A DNA stretch of 64,000 nucleotides, taken from the sequence record PV764603.1; one strand, 5' to 3'. The position numbers and the translations under genes are program-made. The notes under the pieces are model-generated. The model was not told the DNA's origin. It ran no database searches and saw only the letters and a list, made by a program, of their open reading frames with translations. Every line of letters starts with the position of its first letter. The first letter of the stretch is position 1. This document shows positions 34,875 through 43,948 of this stretch, piece after piece.

Positions 34875-37352
34875 ATGAGCGTCCTGTTTTCTAACAACGC
34901 ATTGACGGTGTTGGCAGCAGCGGTCGGTCAGAACGAGGTTACCTCGACTATCACTGTAGCAACTGGTGCGGGGCAGCGTTTCGCTGCCCCCACCAACGGT
35001 GACTATCAGGTCATTACGCTCTCCGATCCCCTGTATACCCGATTCGAAATCTGCCATCTAACTGCGCGCACGGGCGATACCCTCACTGTGTTGCGAGGGC
35101 AGGAAGGTACTACCAAGCAAGCGTGGGACGTTGGCGACCGCATTTATGCGTCCTTCACGGCGTCTACGGTCGGTCTCTTCCTGCGCGCTGACACTCCTGC
35201 GTCAATTAGCGGGCTGTGGGACTTCAGTACGCCGCCGCTAATCAATGGTAACAACATTTGGCATTCCGGCAACGTCACGCCTGCTGATCGTACCAAGGCG
35301 CAGACTATCTCCGGGCTCTGGACGTTCACGACGCTGCCCAAGTTCAACGCATTTAATTTCGTGACGACTCAGGGCGCAACTATGGTTGGGCCCTTTTTGC
35401 TTTATGGGTCCCCGACTCAGGACAATGAGGCTGCCACCAAGCTGTATGTGGACAACCTCGCCGCCGGTCTGCACGATAAGGAAGCAGTGGTCGCAGCCAG
35501 TACCGATGCCGGTGGTAATGTCAATATCACCAGCGCCCCGAGTACGCTGGACGGTGTGACTCTTGTGGCAGGAAATCGCATTCTGCTCAAGAATCAGACG
35601 AACAAGACCCAGAATTTGATCTACGTGTTCAACGCAGTTGGCCAGCCCCTTACCGCTGCTTCGGACAGCGATGAGACGGGTGATCTAAAGGCAGGTAGTA
35701 CCGTATTCGTCACAGGCGGTACCGTCAACAAGAACTCGCGTTGGACCGTCATCACCACTGACCCGATCACCATTGGCACCACTCCCATCGAGTGGACTCA
35801 GACGTCGGGTGCTGGCCAGATTCGTTCTGGCCCCGGCATCAAGATCATTGGTGACCAAATCAGCGCAGACGTTCCTTCTGCTGGTGGCCTGACAGTATCG
35901 GTTGCAGATGGCATTGGCCTGTCTGTGATGCAAGACCTAGTGGTCAATACCGGGGCTGCCACCGCTGGAACCACGGGTGCCTCCCTGCGCTACAACAGCA
36001 TCACGGTGGATAAGTTTGGTCGGGTAGTTAACGCTACCAACCTACCTTATGCTCTGACCACTGGCGCAGTGTTTACGGGAGCCCTCACTCGCACTTCGAC
36101 TCCTTCTTCCGGCAACGACATTACCACTGTAGACTTTGTGCAGAATGCCATCGTCTCTATCAGCACCATGCGTCAGCCGGTTGCTGCGGTGGCTACGTCC
36201 AACGTTTCCCTAAGTGGCCTAGGCTTTATTGACGGGTATCAGGTCAAACTCGGCGAGCGTGTTCTCGTTGCAGGACAGACTACGCAGACTGCCAACGGTG
36301 TTTATGTCACCACGGCTAACGCGTGGGTGCGTGCTTCGGACTTTAACAGCACTTCGTCCCTCGCCGCTGGCGTCATGTTCCCGGTTCAGAACGGTACCAC
36401 GTTCAAGAATCAGATATTCATGCTGTCCACTCAGGGCACCATCAGTATCGGTACTACCCCGATCACCTTCCAGCGTGTAACGGGTACGGGCCTGATTAAC
36501 AAGGCTTCGGGTGGTGGCATTGATATTGTCAATGACTCTATCGGTCTCGAAACGCAGTCAGGACTGACCGCAGGCACCTACAACACTGCTCGCGTCACTG
36601 TGAACAGTAAGGGCATTATCACTGGCATCGAGGCAGGCTCCTCGGGCGTGACCTCGTTTAATGGCCGTAGTGGCGTTGTGATGCCCGCTACGAACGATTA
36701 CACCTTCGCTATGTTGGGTGGCAAGCCCACCACCCTCGCAGGCTACGGCATTACCGACCCGGTCATGCTCCGCACTGGCGGCACGATCACTGGTGTTGTG
36801 TCCATTGACTACGGCAATCCAGCTGCAACGGACGGTCCGTACCCACTGCTGTTCATGCGTCTTACCGAAGGTGAGCGCAATACCAACAAGGTTGGTATGA
36901 ACATCATCAAGGAGGATCGCAATTCTTGGGCCATCACTGCTGTAGCTGGTTCGGATGTAGTCAACATCACTAACGGCAGCAAGTTGAATCTGCGGTTCCA
37001 AACCGCAATGGTTAACGACGCTGAGATTCTCACTGACGCCAACTTTGATGCGTGGACTGCCGTTGCGTTCTCTACGGGTAACACCACTCGTAACGCGGTC
37101 GCGCGTGGGTGCTACATGGTAGACACTACCTCCCTTGCTGGTACGCTGGTACTGCCCTCCAATCCTGCTCCGGGCACAGCTGTTCGTGTTCTCGATGCTG
37201 GTGGTACGTTCGGTACCAAGAACCTGACTATCTCGCGCAACAACGCTAGGATCGTAGGCGCGCTGGAAGACTTGGTTTTGGACAAGAATAACGGTGGCGT
37301 CACGCTGGTTTACTACAACGCTGCACGTGGTTGGGTCCCGTTCTTTAGTTGA
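34875..37352 (+). CDS. Long/proximal tail fibre subunit
   Basis: FSNNALTVLAAA...EI...TAR.GDTLTV.RGQEGT N-terminus; two 'V.AA...N..LSG..IDG.....G.R.L...QT...N..YV' repeats; C-terminal gp34-like VDT......LP..P..G module. Confidence 0.8.
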   Translation: MSVLFSNNALTVLAAAVGQNEVTSTITVATGAGQRFAAPTNGDYQVITLSDPLYTRFEICHLTARTGDTLTVLRGQEGTTKQAWDVGDRIYASFTASTVGLFLRADTPASISGLWDFSTPPLINGNNIWHSGNVTPADRTKAQTISGLWTFTTLPKFNAFNFVTTQGATMVGPFLLYGSPTQDNEAATKLYVDNLAAGLHDKEAVVAASTDAGGNVNITSAPSTLDGVTLVAGNRILLKNQTNKTQNLIYVFNAVGQPLTAASDSDETGDLKAGSTVFVTGGTVNKNSRWTVITTDPITIGTTPIEWTQTSGAGQIRSGPGIKIIGDQISADVPSAGGLTVSVADGIGLSVMQDLVVNTGAATAGTTGASLRYNSITVDKFGRVVNATNLPYALTTGAVFTGALTRTSTPSSGNDITTVDFVQNAIVSISTMRQPVAAVATSNVSLSGLGFIDGYQVKLGERVLVAGQTTQTANGVYVTTANAWVRASDFNSTSSLAAGVMFPVQNGTTFKNQIFMLSTQGTISIGTTPITFQRVTGTGLINKASGGGIDIVNDSIGLETQSGLTAGTYNTARVTVNSKGIITGIEAGSSGVTSFNGRSGVVMPATNDYTFAMLGGKPTTLAGYGITDPVMLRTGGTITGVVSIDYGNPAATDGPYPLLFMRLTEGERNTNKVGMNIIKEDRNSWAITAVAGSDVVNITNGSKLNLRFQTAMVNDAEILTDANFDAWTAVAFSTGNTTRNAVARGCYMVDTTSLAGTLVLPSNPAPGTAVRVLDAGGTFGTKNLTISRNNARIVGALEDLVLDKNNGGVTLVYYNAARGWVPFFS

Positions 37353-37357
37353 TTCAC

Positions 37358-37390
37358 AGGCAGGTCCACCACGGGCCTGCCTTTCCTTTG
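37358..37390 (+). terminator. Probable terminator/attenuator
   Basis: AGGCAGGTCC-ACCAC-GGGCCTGCCT followed by TTCCTTTG. Confidence 0.55.
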
Positions 37391-37402
37391 GTGGACTATC
37401 CA

Positions 37403-39340
37403 ATGACGATTCTTCAAACGCTGTACCCAATCCCGGATAACGTCCCACGAACTGATGCTTCGTTCAACACCTTCACCGGCGTCAACCGATTTACTCGGGT
37501 GGTGGCAGGGGCTTCAACCTCTAATGAAGCATACGATCTATGTGCTGGGACTACAAAGATCGGAAGCACCCTAACCGTTATTGGCGATACTACGCTCAAC
37601 ATTGCCAAAGCTGCGTTACTGACAATTACGGGTAGTAACGCCATGATCTTCCAAGGCTTTGGAAGCTCTCAGGGCCGTATCACCCTGTTCGGTTGGCTAG
37701 GTGTCGATTCCGGCGATACTCTGGCCATCATCGACCGCGTAGGTATGTCCAACTATCGCTGGGCGCTCAGTGCAAGTCAGATGACGCTCAACGATAATGC
37801 TGTGTGGCATGCAGGCAACTTCAATCCCGATCTGTACCTCAAGGTCGCTGACGCGTCTTCTACTTACGTCAAGCTTGCCAACAGTAACAACAACATCACG
37901 GGCACGGTGTGGGGACTTCGCTCGGTCACTGCATCGGGCTCCGACACCTTGTCCATACAGATTCAGTCGGGCGGTGCCTATCAGTACGGACGTGGCGCTG
38001 TATTGGAATTGAATGGCAAGAACGCAACTGGCAGCAACGCTGGCGGCTTCCGTCTGCTCAGTGACGGTCCCTCGGCGATCAATTCGTACTCCGGCACTCT
38101 ATCCCTAGCTGCCTCGGGCGGTGGTCAGATTACGTTCAACAGCTCCGGCCTGTCTCTGCAAGGGGCCACGCGTGTTGCAGGTGCAACCACATTTGCCTCT
38201 ACGGTAGCAGTTACTGGCCTCATCACTGCCACTGGCCAACTAAAGGTTGGGCCTGCTTCCGGCGAAGCGCGTATCAACTTTGGTCTGGACACGGGCTACA
38301 TCTACAGTAGTGCCACCTCAATTGGCTACTATTGGCCCGGCAGTAGCGCTGTCAACTTGTGGCGTCTTATTAAACCGGGCCAAAGCGAAGGTGTTTACCC
38401 TGCCTTGTCTATGATCGTGTCGGGAGGGGGTTATTTCGACGGTATTGTTCGGGCTACCTCTAGTCTCATCAGCATCCACCCGGACGCCCTGCGTATGCGG
38501 CAATCCGCCCGCACCGTTATTCACCGCTTTGACGGCAACGCTTATTACTGGCTTCGTACTGCGGCTGACGACCCCGATGGTGTCTGGGATTCCGCACGTC
38601 CTATGACCTATAATGTTGGTGGGGACCAGTTGACGTTCAACCCTGCTGGTGGCGTAACCATGCAGACCCAGCTGACACTTTCCTTTAATGCGCCATTCCG
38701 ACTCACGGGCTTTGGTGCAGCAGGCGCTATATACATTCACGGTACCAATGGTGCAGGCGATGACGTTTGCAGCATCTTACGCAACAATGCCAACTCTAAC
38801 TACACGCTGACGTGGAACGGTGGTGTCACGATCACTGGTGCTCAGACAGTAGCAGGCGAAGCTTACTGCAACAATTGGTTCCGCAGCAATAGCTCCGGCA
38901 CTGGCTGGTATCATCAGGTACATGGCGGTGGTTGGTACATGTCGGATAACGATTACGTGCGTTCGTACAATCAGAAGGCAGTGGCTGGCTCTGATTTCGT
39001 GATTTGGTCCGATCGCCGTTCCAAGACCGAAGACCATGACCTGAACATTGCTGACGTGCTTCCCAAGTTCATGGAACTTGCCCCCAAGTGGTATGTCAAG
39101 AACGGCACGAAAGCGGAGTACGGCATGTTCGCACAAGACGTGCGTGCACTGTTCCCCGATATGGTCAGCCTGACCAACAACGAAGGATACGACGATTACC
39201 ACTTCCTCTGGATCAACATGCTTCATGCTCCACACATTCTTGTGACCCAGGATAACGTGCGCCGCATCGAAGAACTGGAGGGTATCGTGGCCTCGCAGCA
39301 GCACCAGATCACGCAGCTGCAATCTAGGCTTGAGGTGTAA
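37403..39340 (+). CDS. Distal tail fibre with S74 chaperone (variant A)
   Basis: Start MTILQTLYPIPDNVPR; gp37-like RFDG..YY..T..D..G.W...RP module; NNWFRS..TGWY...GGGWYMSD; WSDRRSK; coiled-coil end. Confidence 0.85.
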   Translation: MTILQTLYPIPDNVPRTDASFNTFTGVNRFTRVVAGASTSNEAYDLCAGTTKIGSTLTVIGDTTLNIAKAALLTITGSNAMIFQGFGSSQGRITLFGWLGVDSGDTLAIIDRVGMSNYRWALSASQMTLNDNAVWHAGNFNPDLYLKVADASSTYVKLANSNNNITGTVWGLRSVTASGSDTLSIQIQSGGAYQYGRGAVLELNGKNATGSNAGGFRLLSDGPSAINSYSGTLSLAASGGGQITFNSSGLSLQGATRVAGATTFASTVAVTGLITATGQLKVGPASGEARINFGLDTGYIYSSATSIGYYWPGSSAVNLWRLIKPGQSEGVYPALSMIVSGGGYFDGIVRATSSLISIHPDALRMRQSARTVIHRFDGNAYYWLRTAADDPDGVWDSARPMTYNVGGDQLTFNPAGGVTMQTQLTLSFNAPFRLTGFGAAGAIYIHGTNGAGDDVCSILRNNANSNYTLTWNGGVTITGAQTVAGEAYCNNWFRSNSSGTGWYHQVHGGGWYMSDNDYVRSYNQKAVAGSDFVIWSDRRSKTEDHDLNIADVLPKFMELAPKWYVKNGTKAEYGMFAQDVRALFPDMVSLTNNEGYDDYHFLWINMLHAPHILVTQDNVRRIEELEGIVASQQHQITQLQSRLEV

Positions 39341-39341
39341 C

Positions 39342-41468
39342 ATGACGATTCTCCAGACTCTGTATCCCATCCCCGATAATGTTCCACGTCTGGACGCAAC
39401 TGGCGTGCAGACTTTTGCCAACACGGTTCGTTTCGGTCGAGTGCTAGCAGGAACTAGCGTGGCGGAAGAATCGGGCTTCGGCCTAATCACCACCAACGCC
39501 AAGGTCACAGGCTATCTTAACGTAGCCTTAGCCGCCACACTGACCAGCACGTCTAACGTGTTCGGTGGCTTCTCGGTCGCAGGTAACGCAATCTTTGGTG
39601 GCAGCAGCTTGCAGATCGTTGGTGATGGCAACATTTATCTGACCTTCCGCACTACCTCGAACCAAACGGACACTCAGTTAATTACGGACCGGGGTGCTAA
39701 GGGTTTCATCATCCGTAATTGGGTGACTCTTGGTACTGGTTCGTACACCGACTTCTCATTGAATGCGGCAACGGGTGCTCTCAAGTGGGGCGCGCAGGAT
39801 ATTTACCACTCGGGTACCTTTAACTGGAAAACCTTCGCGGTCAAAGATGATCGAAACCGCTTCTCCATTCTAGACCTAGCCTCTTACGTTAGTTGGGGTA
39901 CTCTCCGATTCCTTGACCCTGCTGACCTGTCAGCCACTGGCCTTCGCTATTACGTAACTACCGATACTACCTCGTGGGCTTTGAACACTGCGAATGATGA
40001 TGGGAACTGGCGACGCACTCGTTTTCGCGTTCCCCGAGATAGTGCCTCACCTGTGCAAATCGACGGCGGAGCTGCTTGGTTCGCTGGGAATCTTCCGTCT
40101 CCTGCTGATACGACCAAGGCTGCCATCATTGAAAGCAGCAGCTTCGCTTGGGAATTCCGCGCTGCTCCTGTACCCCAGGAAGTTAACAGTTGGCAGTGGG
40201 GCCCCTTCGTACTGCGAGGTTATGACTCCGCGGGCAATAACGTGCGTTCGTTTGCACGACGGGCGGAGGCGGGTACGGATGCGTCTTCCATCGCTACGGG
40301 TCTTCGGAGTCAGCTAGGTGGTGTCAATCGTGCATGGATTGAGTGGTATCTCAATTCCTTCCGTATCTGTGGTGCTGATGGTACGATTTCGGCTTCTTTT
40401 AGCGACTCTGCCATCTGGCTACAGAAGCCGCTTACTTTCAGTTCTACTGCGCTGTTCAACGGCGTGGCCACCTTCTCCTCCGTCATAAGTTCACGCACCG
40501 GCACTCCTAATACTCAAATGATTTTCCACTCGATCGGGTGGAATAATGGTGTGCAGCGTTGGGCGCAGGTGATGGAAGCGACGGGTGCTTATGTGTGGTA
40601 CTGCTACAATGCCACTGGCGGTAATCCTACTTCTGTGTTGTCGATGACTAACCCCGCCAACGGGCTCGGGGGCAATAACCCCGGCATCGGCGTGGCAGGT
40701 TCGATCTATGTAACCCAAGGCATCATTGCGCCTAACTGGGGCTTCACTACCAACGATGCCAACAAGGCGTCGTTCATCGCTACCGGTAGTTACGGTGGTG
40801 GTTTCATGTGTCAAGATAACGCAGGTGCTGGTATCTACTACGGAGGTATGTATGCTGCAAGCGGCTGGGTCGGTATTGGCCTAACCGCTGCCAACTCGGT
40901 TGGCCTTAACAAGATTCTACGACTTACGCAAGAACAGTACATGACGGTACAGACTGAAGGTGGCTTCGCCGCCCGAGGTGGCTCCGCTGTCATGGTTGTA
41001 GAGGAGCGCAGTAGCACCAACGTGCAGTTCCATATGTACGCTACAGGTGGTGCGTGGCGTGTTTGGGATAACGTTACCGGTGCCGACAACCTCACTTGCT
41101 ATCGGACTACTGGTGACTTGTACATCCGTAGTTGGGGTTACGCTGCCAACTTTGCCATCAACTCAGATCGTAGAATCAAGACGTGGATTTCTGATCTGGA
41201 CCCCGAGGAAGAACTGGACAAGGTGGTGACGCTGGTTCCACGCCTGTACCTCAAGGACAACAAGCTGGAATCTGGCGTGTACGCGCAGGACGTGCAGGAA
41301 CGGTGGGCCCACATGGTTACCGTGAGCGAGTCAAATCCCTATGGCATTGACGGACTCCTGACTGTGGCCCACACCATGCTACACGCTCCACTGGTTGCGT
41401 CCATCCAAGCCTTGCACGCTCGCATCGAAAAGCTGCAAGCCCGACTGCAAGAGCTTGAACCCCGATAA
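39342..41468 (+). CDS. Distal tail fibre with S74 chaperone (variant B)
   Basis: Same first 16 aa as variant A; NSDRRIK, ESGVYAQDV and a coiled-coil end. Confidence 0.85.
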   Translation: MTILQTLYPIPDNVPRLDATGVQTFANTVRFGRVLAGTSVAEESGFGLITTNAKVTGYLNVALAATLTSTSNVFGGFSVAGNAIFGGSSLQIVGDGNIYLTFRTTSNQTDTQLITDRGAKGFIIRNWVTLGTGSYTDFSLNAATGALKWGAQDIYHSGTFNWKTFAVKDDRNRFSILDLASYVSWGTLRFLDPADLSATGLRYYVTTDTTSWALNTANDDGNWRRTRFRVPRDSASPVQIDGGAAWFAGNLPSPADTTKAAIIESSSFAWEFRAAPVPQEVNSWQWGPFVLRGYDSAGNNVRSFARRAEAGTDASSIATGLRSQLGGVNRAWIEWYLNSFRICGADGTISASFSDSAIWLQKPLTFSSTALFNGVATFSSVISSRTGTPNTQMIFHSIGWNNGVQRWAQVMEATGAYVWYCYNATGGNPTSVLSMTNPANGLGGNNPGIGVAGSIYVTQGIIAPNWGFTTNDANKASFIATGSYGGGFMCQDNAGAGIYYGGMYAASGWVGIGLTAANSVGLNKILRLTQEQYMTVQTEGGFAARGGSAVMVVEERSSTNVQFHMYATGGAWRVWDNVTGADNLTCYRTTGDLYIRSWGYAANFAINSDRRIKTWISDLDPEEELDKVVTLVPRLYLKDNKLESGVYAQDVQERWAHMVTVSESNPYGIDGLLTVAHTMLHAPLVASIQALHARIEKLQARLQELEPR

Positions 41469-41497
41469 GGATACGGCCAAGGACGGCCTCAATTTTA
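41467..41497 (+). promoter_or_regulatory. Tandem AAGGAT plus GGCC-AAGGAC-GGCC hairpin, followed by AATTTTA
   Basis: Seen directly in the leader of ORF 41522. Confidence 0.58.
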
Positions 41498-41521
41498 GGG
41501 TAGCCCTATAGAGAGTATGAC

Positions 41522-43207
41522 ATGCTACTCAACGGTACTCCGTTTAACTTTGTTCCATTCAACCAGCCCGAGTTGGCACCGTTGGGAGTTTTCATCAACG
41601 ATACCCAGCCGGTGCAAATGTCGGTGTCAGGCATTGGCTACCTGACAACCGCTATTATCCCGATTCAGGATAATCAGGCCATCCGCACCTCGACCACGTT
41701 CAAGTTGGTCATCCCGTATCACTTCACCACTGAATCTCCTGTTGTTGGTATCGGGCTGCTACAAGGCACTACCATCAACTACGGTTGGAAAATGCCCATT
41801 GCTGATCCGGTCCTTGGCGTCGGCCTGTTGCAGTACCCCAGCAACATCATTGGTCAGCACTTCGAGAGCCAAGGCGAAACGGGCATAGGCATCACGCAAG
41901 AAGCGACTGTTCGCATCAACTTCCACGAGGAAGCTGGATTCAGCGATTACGCCGTTGGTAAGCTGCAAATCTCTACAGTCAAGCTCGGCTACCGTGGCGA
42001 GTCTGACTACATGCAGGGCTATGGTATCACGCAGACTACATACACCTCTGTTGGTACGAACATTATCTCGTTTACGGGTGCTGGTCGCATCGTCACCAGT
42101 ATCGGGCCTGTGTTCGCCGTGTTCTATAGCGGTATCCGAATCTCTCCTGATCCAGCATTCGTTAAGCTGACCACTATCGAGGACCAACCCCGTGTTATCC
42201 TTGGTACGGTCACGCCGCGTAACCTTACTCCACGCATCCACACGTCCACCTCGTTCAGTGCGAGTCCGGTACTGTCTACGGTGCGGCCGCGCCTCAAGCC
42301 TTCGCATATCATCACGAAGGCCGAGGCCTCCGTCAAAATCTACAAGCGCCCTGAGCCTCTAATCATCGCTGCTTCCGCTGGTCAGCATAGCGTGATTACG
42401 AAGGCGGGTAATGTGGTGGTGCATCAGGCTACGCTCAAGCTTTCTCCCCAGCAAGCCCCTGCCATCGCCACTGCCCCCTCGGGCGGTACGTTCTTCACTA
42501 CAGCTATCGTCGAGCCTGCACCTGCAACGATGCACCTCAAGGCCCTGCGTGGTACGGAGTTCCAAGAAGTGGTTGTCGAAGGCGCTGCCTCCATGCAGAC
42601 CTCGGCTTCCGCTGAAATCAAGTGGGCTCCTTACATTGTAGACCAGCAAGTCACCGTCCAGACTAACGCAAACTTCGGTCTGTACGTTGGCTCCATCGTG
42701 GTTGATGTAGGTGTGATCCCCCCTGTCTCTATGAAGGTTGGGTTGGAAAAGGTGGTGCAGACCACGCTGACTATCGAAGACCACGTAACGTCCGCTACGT
42801 CGGCGTCGGGCGATGGCTTGATGGGAAGCATGGCGTTCTCTTACGAAGCGTCTGCGCAGGTATCGGTTGCTAACGATCCTGTGTTCCTGACTACGGCAGT
42901 TCTTAAGCCGGAGCCTGCTTCGATTACTACCAGTGCAGGTGGCCCCAAGATTCAGATGCCGCCCTTGGTTCTCGACAATGAGTTCCAAGGAAGCGTTCAA
43001 ACTGACTCCGAAGGCGATGTACTGCTCGGTACAATCAATGCAAGTTTCGTCTCTGCCAAGATCAAGACGACGGCCGAAGGTCAATTTAAGAGAGGAACGG
43101 CAAGCCCCTATAAGGGCGGTCCTGTTGTAGATACGGATGATCGACACATACTCAACGTTGAACCATTGAACAAACCCGGATTGAGAAGTATTAACATCCA
43201 GAACTAG
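41522..43207 (+). CDS. Beta-strand-repeat virion structural protein (fibre/baseplate-associated)
   Basis: MLLNGTPFNF..FN N-terminus and alternating hydrophobic/small repeats. Confidence 0.55.
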   Translation: MLLNGTPFNFVPFNQPELAPLGVFINDTQPVQMSVSGIGYLTTAIIPIQDNQAIRTSTTFKLVIPYHFTTESPVVGIGLLQGTTINYGWKMPIADPVLGVGLLQYPSNIIGQHFESQGETGIGITQEATVRINFHEEAGFSDYAVGKLQISTVKLGYRGESDYMQGYGITQTTYTSVGTNIISFTGAGRIVTSIGPVFAVFYSGIRISPDPAFVKLTTIEDQPRVILGTVTPRNLTPRIHTSTSFSASPVLSTVRPRLKPSHIITKAEASVKIYKRPEPLIIAASAGQHSVITKAGNVVVHQATLKLSPQQAPAIATAPSGGTFFTTAIVEPAPATMHLKALRGTEFQEVVVEGAASMQTSASAEIKWAPYIVDQQVTVQTNANFGLYVGSIVVDVGVIPPVSMKVGLEKVVQTTLTIEDHVTSATSASGDGLMGSMAFSYEASAQVSVANDPVFLTTAVLKPEPASITTSAGGPKIQMPPLVLDNEFQGSVQTDSEGDVLLGTINASFVSAKIKTTAEGQFKRGTASPYKGGPVVDTDDRHILNVEPLNKPGLRSINIQN

Positions 43208-43219
43208 GACCATTGACTC

Positions 43220-43948
43220 ATGCGCGGCATCTACATTTCGACCTTCGCTACACAGAAGACGCAGGACCGTCTTTCCTATCTTCTCGCGCAGGCAGCCTCC
43301 GCTGGCATTCCCGCCCTGCTTCCGAACGATATTCACGTCACCCTAGCGCACGATAGGGATACCTTGCACACGCCGCCGGAGTTGTCCGCAGAGTCCGATC
43401 CTCTGCGCATCTACACTGCACGTGTGTTGATGGTGGAGCAATGGGAAACCGGAAACGGCAATCCCATTCTCGTCGCTTCACTGTTCTGCCCTGAACTGCA
43501 CGAACGTTGGGAATACTGGCGATCCCTCGGGTTGGAGTGGGACTTCCCCACCTTCCGTCCACACTTCAGTCTCACCGACGGAATCAAGGGTATTCCGCGA
43601 AAGGATGTTGCCAAATGGTGCCGCATCTTCAACGAAGCCCTGCAAGATTTTGAGTTTGAATTCACCCACGAATACGTGCAATACATTCGTGCTGACGCCT
43701 TCAAGGACCCGACCGATGACGACGAGGAAGACCTTGACGGCGATGAGCATCCTGTAGAGTCGAGCACTTCGCACAAGACGAAAGGCGGTAAGAAGAGCAC
43801 CATCCTGCTTGAGGGAGTGCCTGTTCACCGGCCCAAGTTGAGTGACCATGAAGCTCGCAGCATGAAGAAGTTTGGCTTCAACGCACACGGTATCATGGAT
43901 CGTGTCCATGACCTAAGGAACGATGATGACGAAACCGAAGAAGAGTAA
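43220..43948 (+). CDS. Acb1-like (T4 57B-like) 2H phosphodiesterase, candidate anti-CBASS
   Basis: GIYIS, IHVTLAHDR and EQWETGNG..ILV.SL..PELHERW...RSLGLEWDFPTFRPHFSL parallel T4 Acb1 GLYVA, IHSTICYSR and EVWKTQDG..LV..L....L..RH...RALGATHDFDDYTPHITL; two HxT/S motifs. Confidence 0.8.
   Translation: MRGIYISTFATQKTQDRLSYLLAQAASAGIPALLPNDIHVTLAHDRDTLHTPPELSAESDPLRIYTARVLMVEQWETGNGNPILVASLFCPELHERWEYWRSLGLEWDFPTFRPHFSLTDGIKGIPRKDVAKWCRIFNEALQDFEFEFTHEYVQYIRADAFKDPTDDDEEDLDGDEHPVESSTSHKTKGGKKSTILLEGVPVHRPKLSDHEARSMKKFGFNAHGIMDRVHDLRNDDDETEEE

Noticed and set aside
37403-41468. Diversity-generating retroelement or invertible fibre cassette
   Set aside because: No reverse transcriptase, TR/VR pair with A-specific mismatches, invertase or inverted crossover sites were seen.
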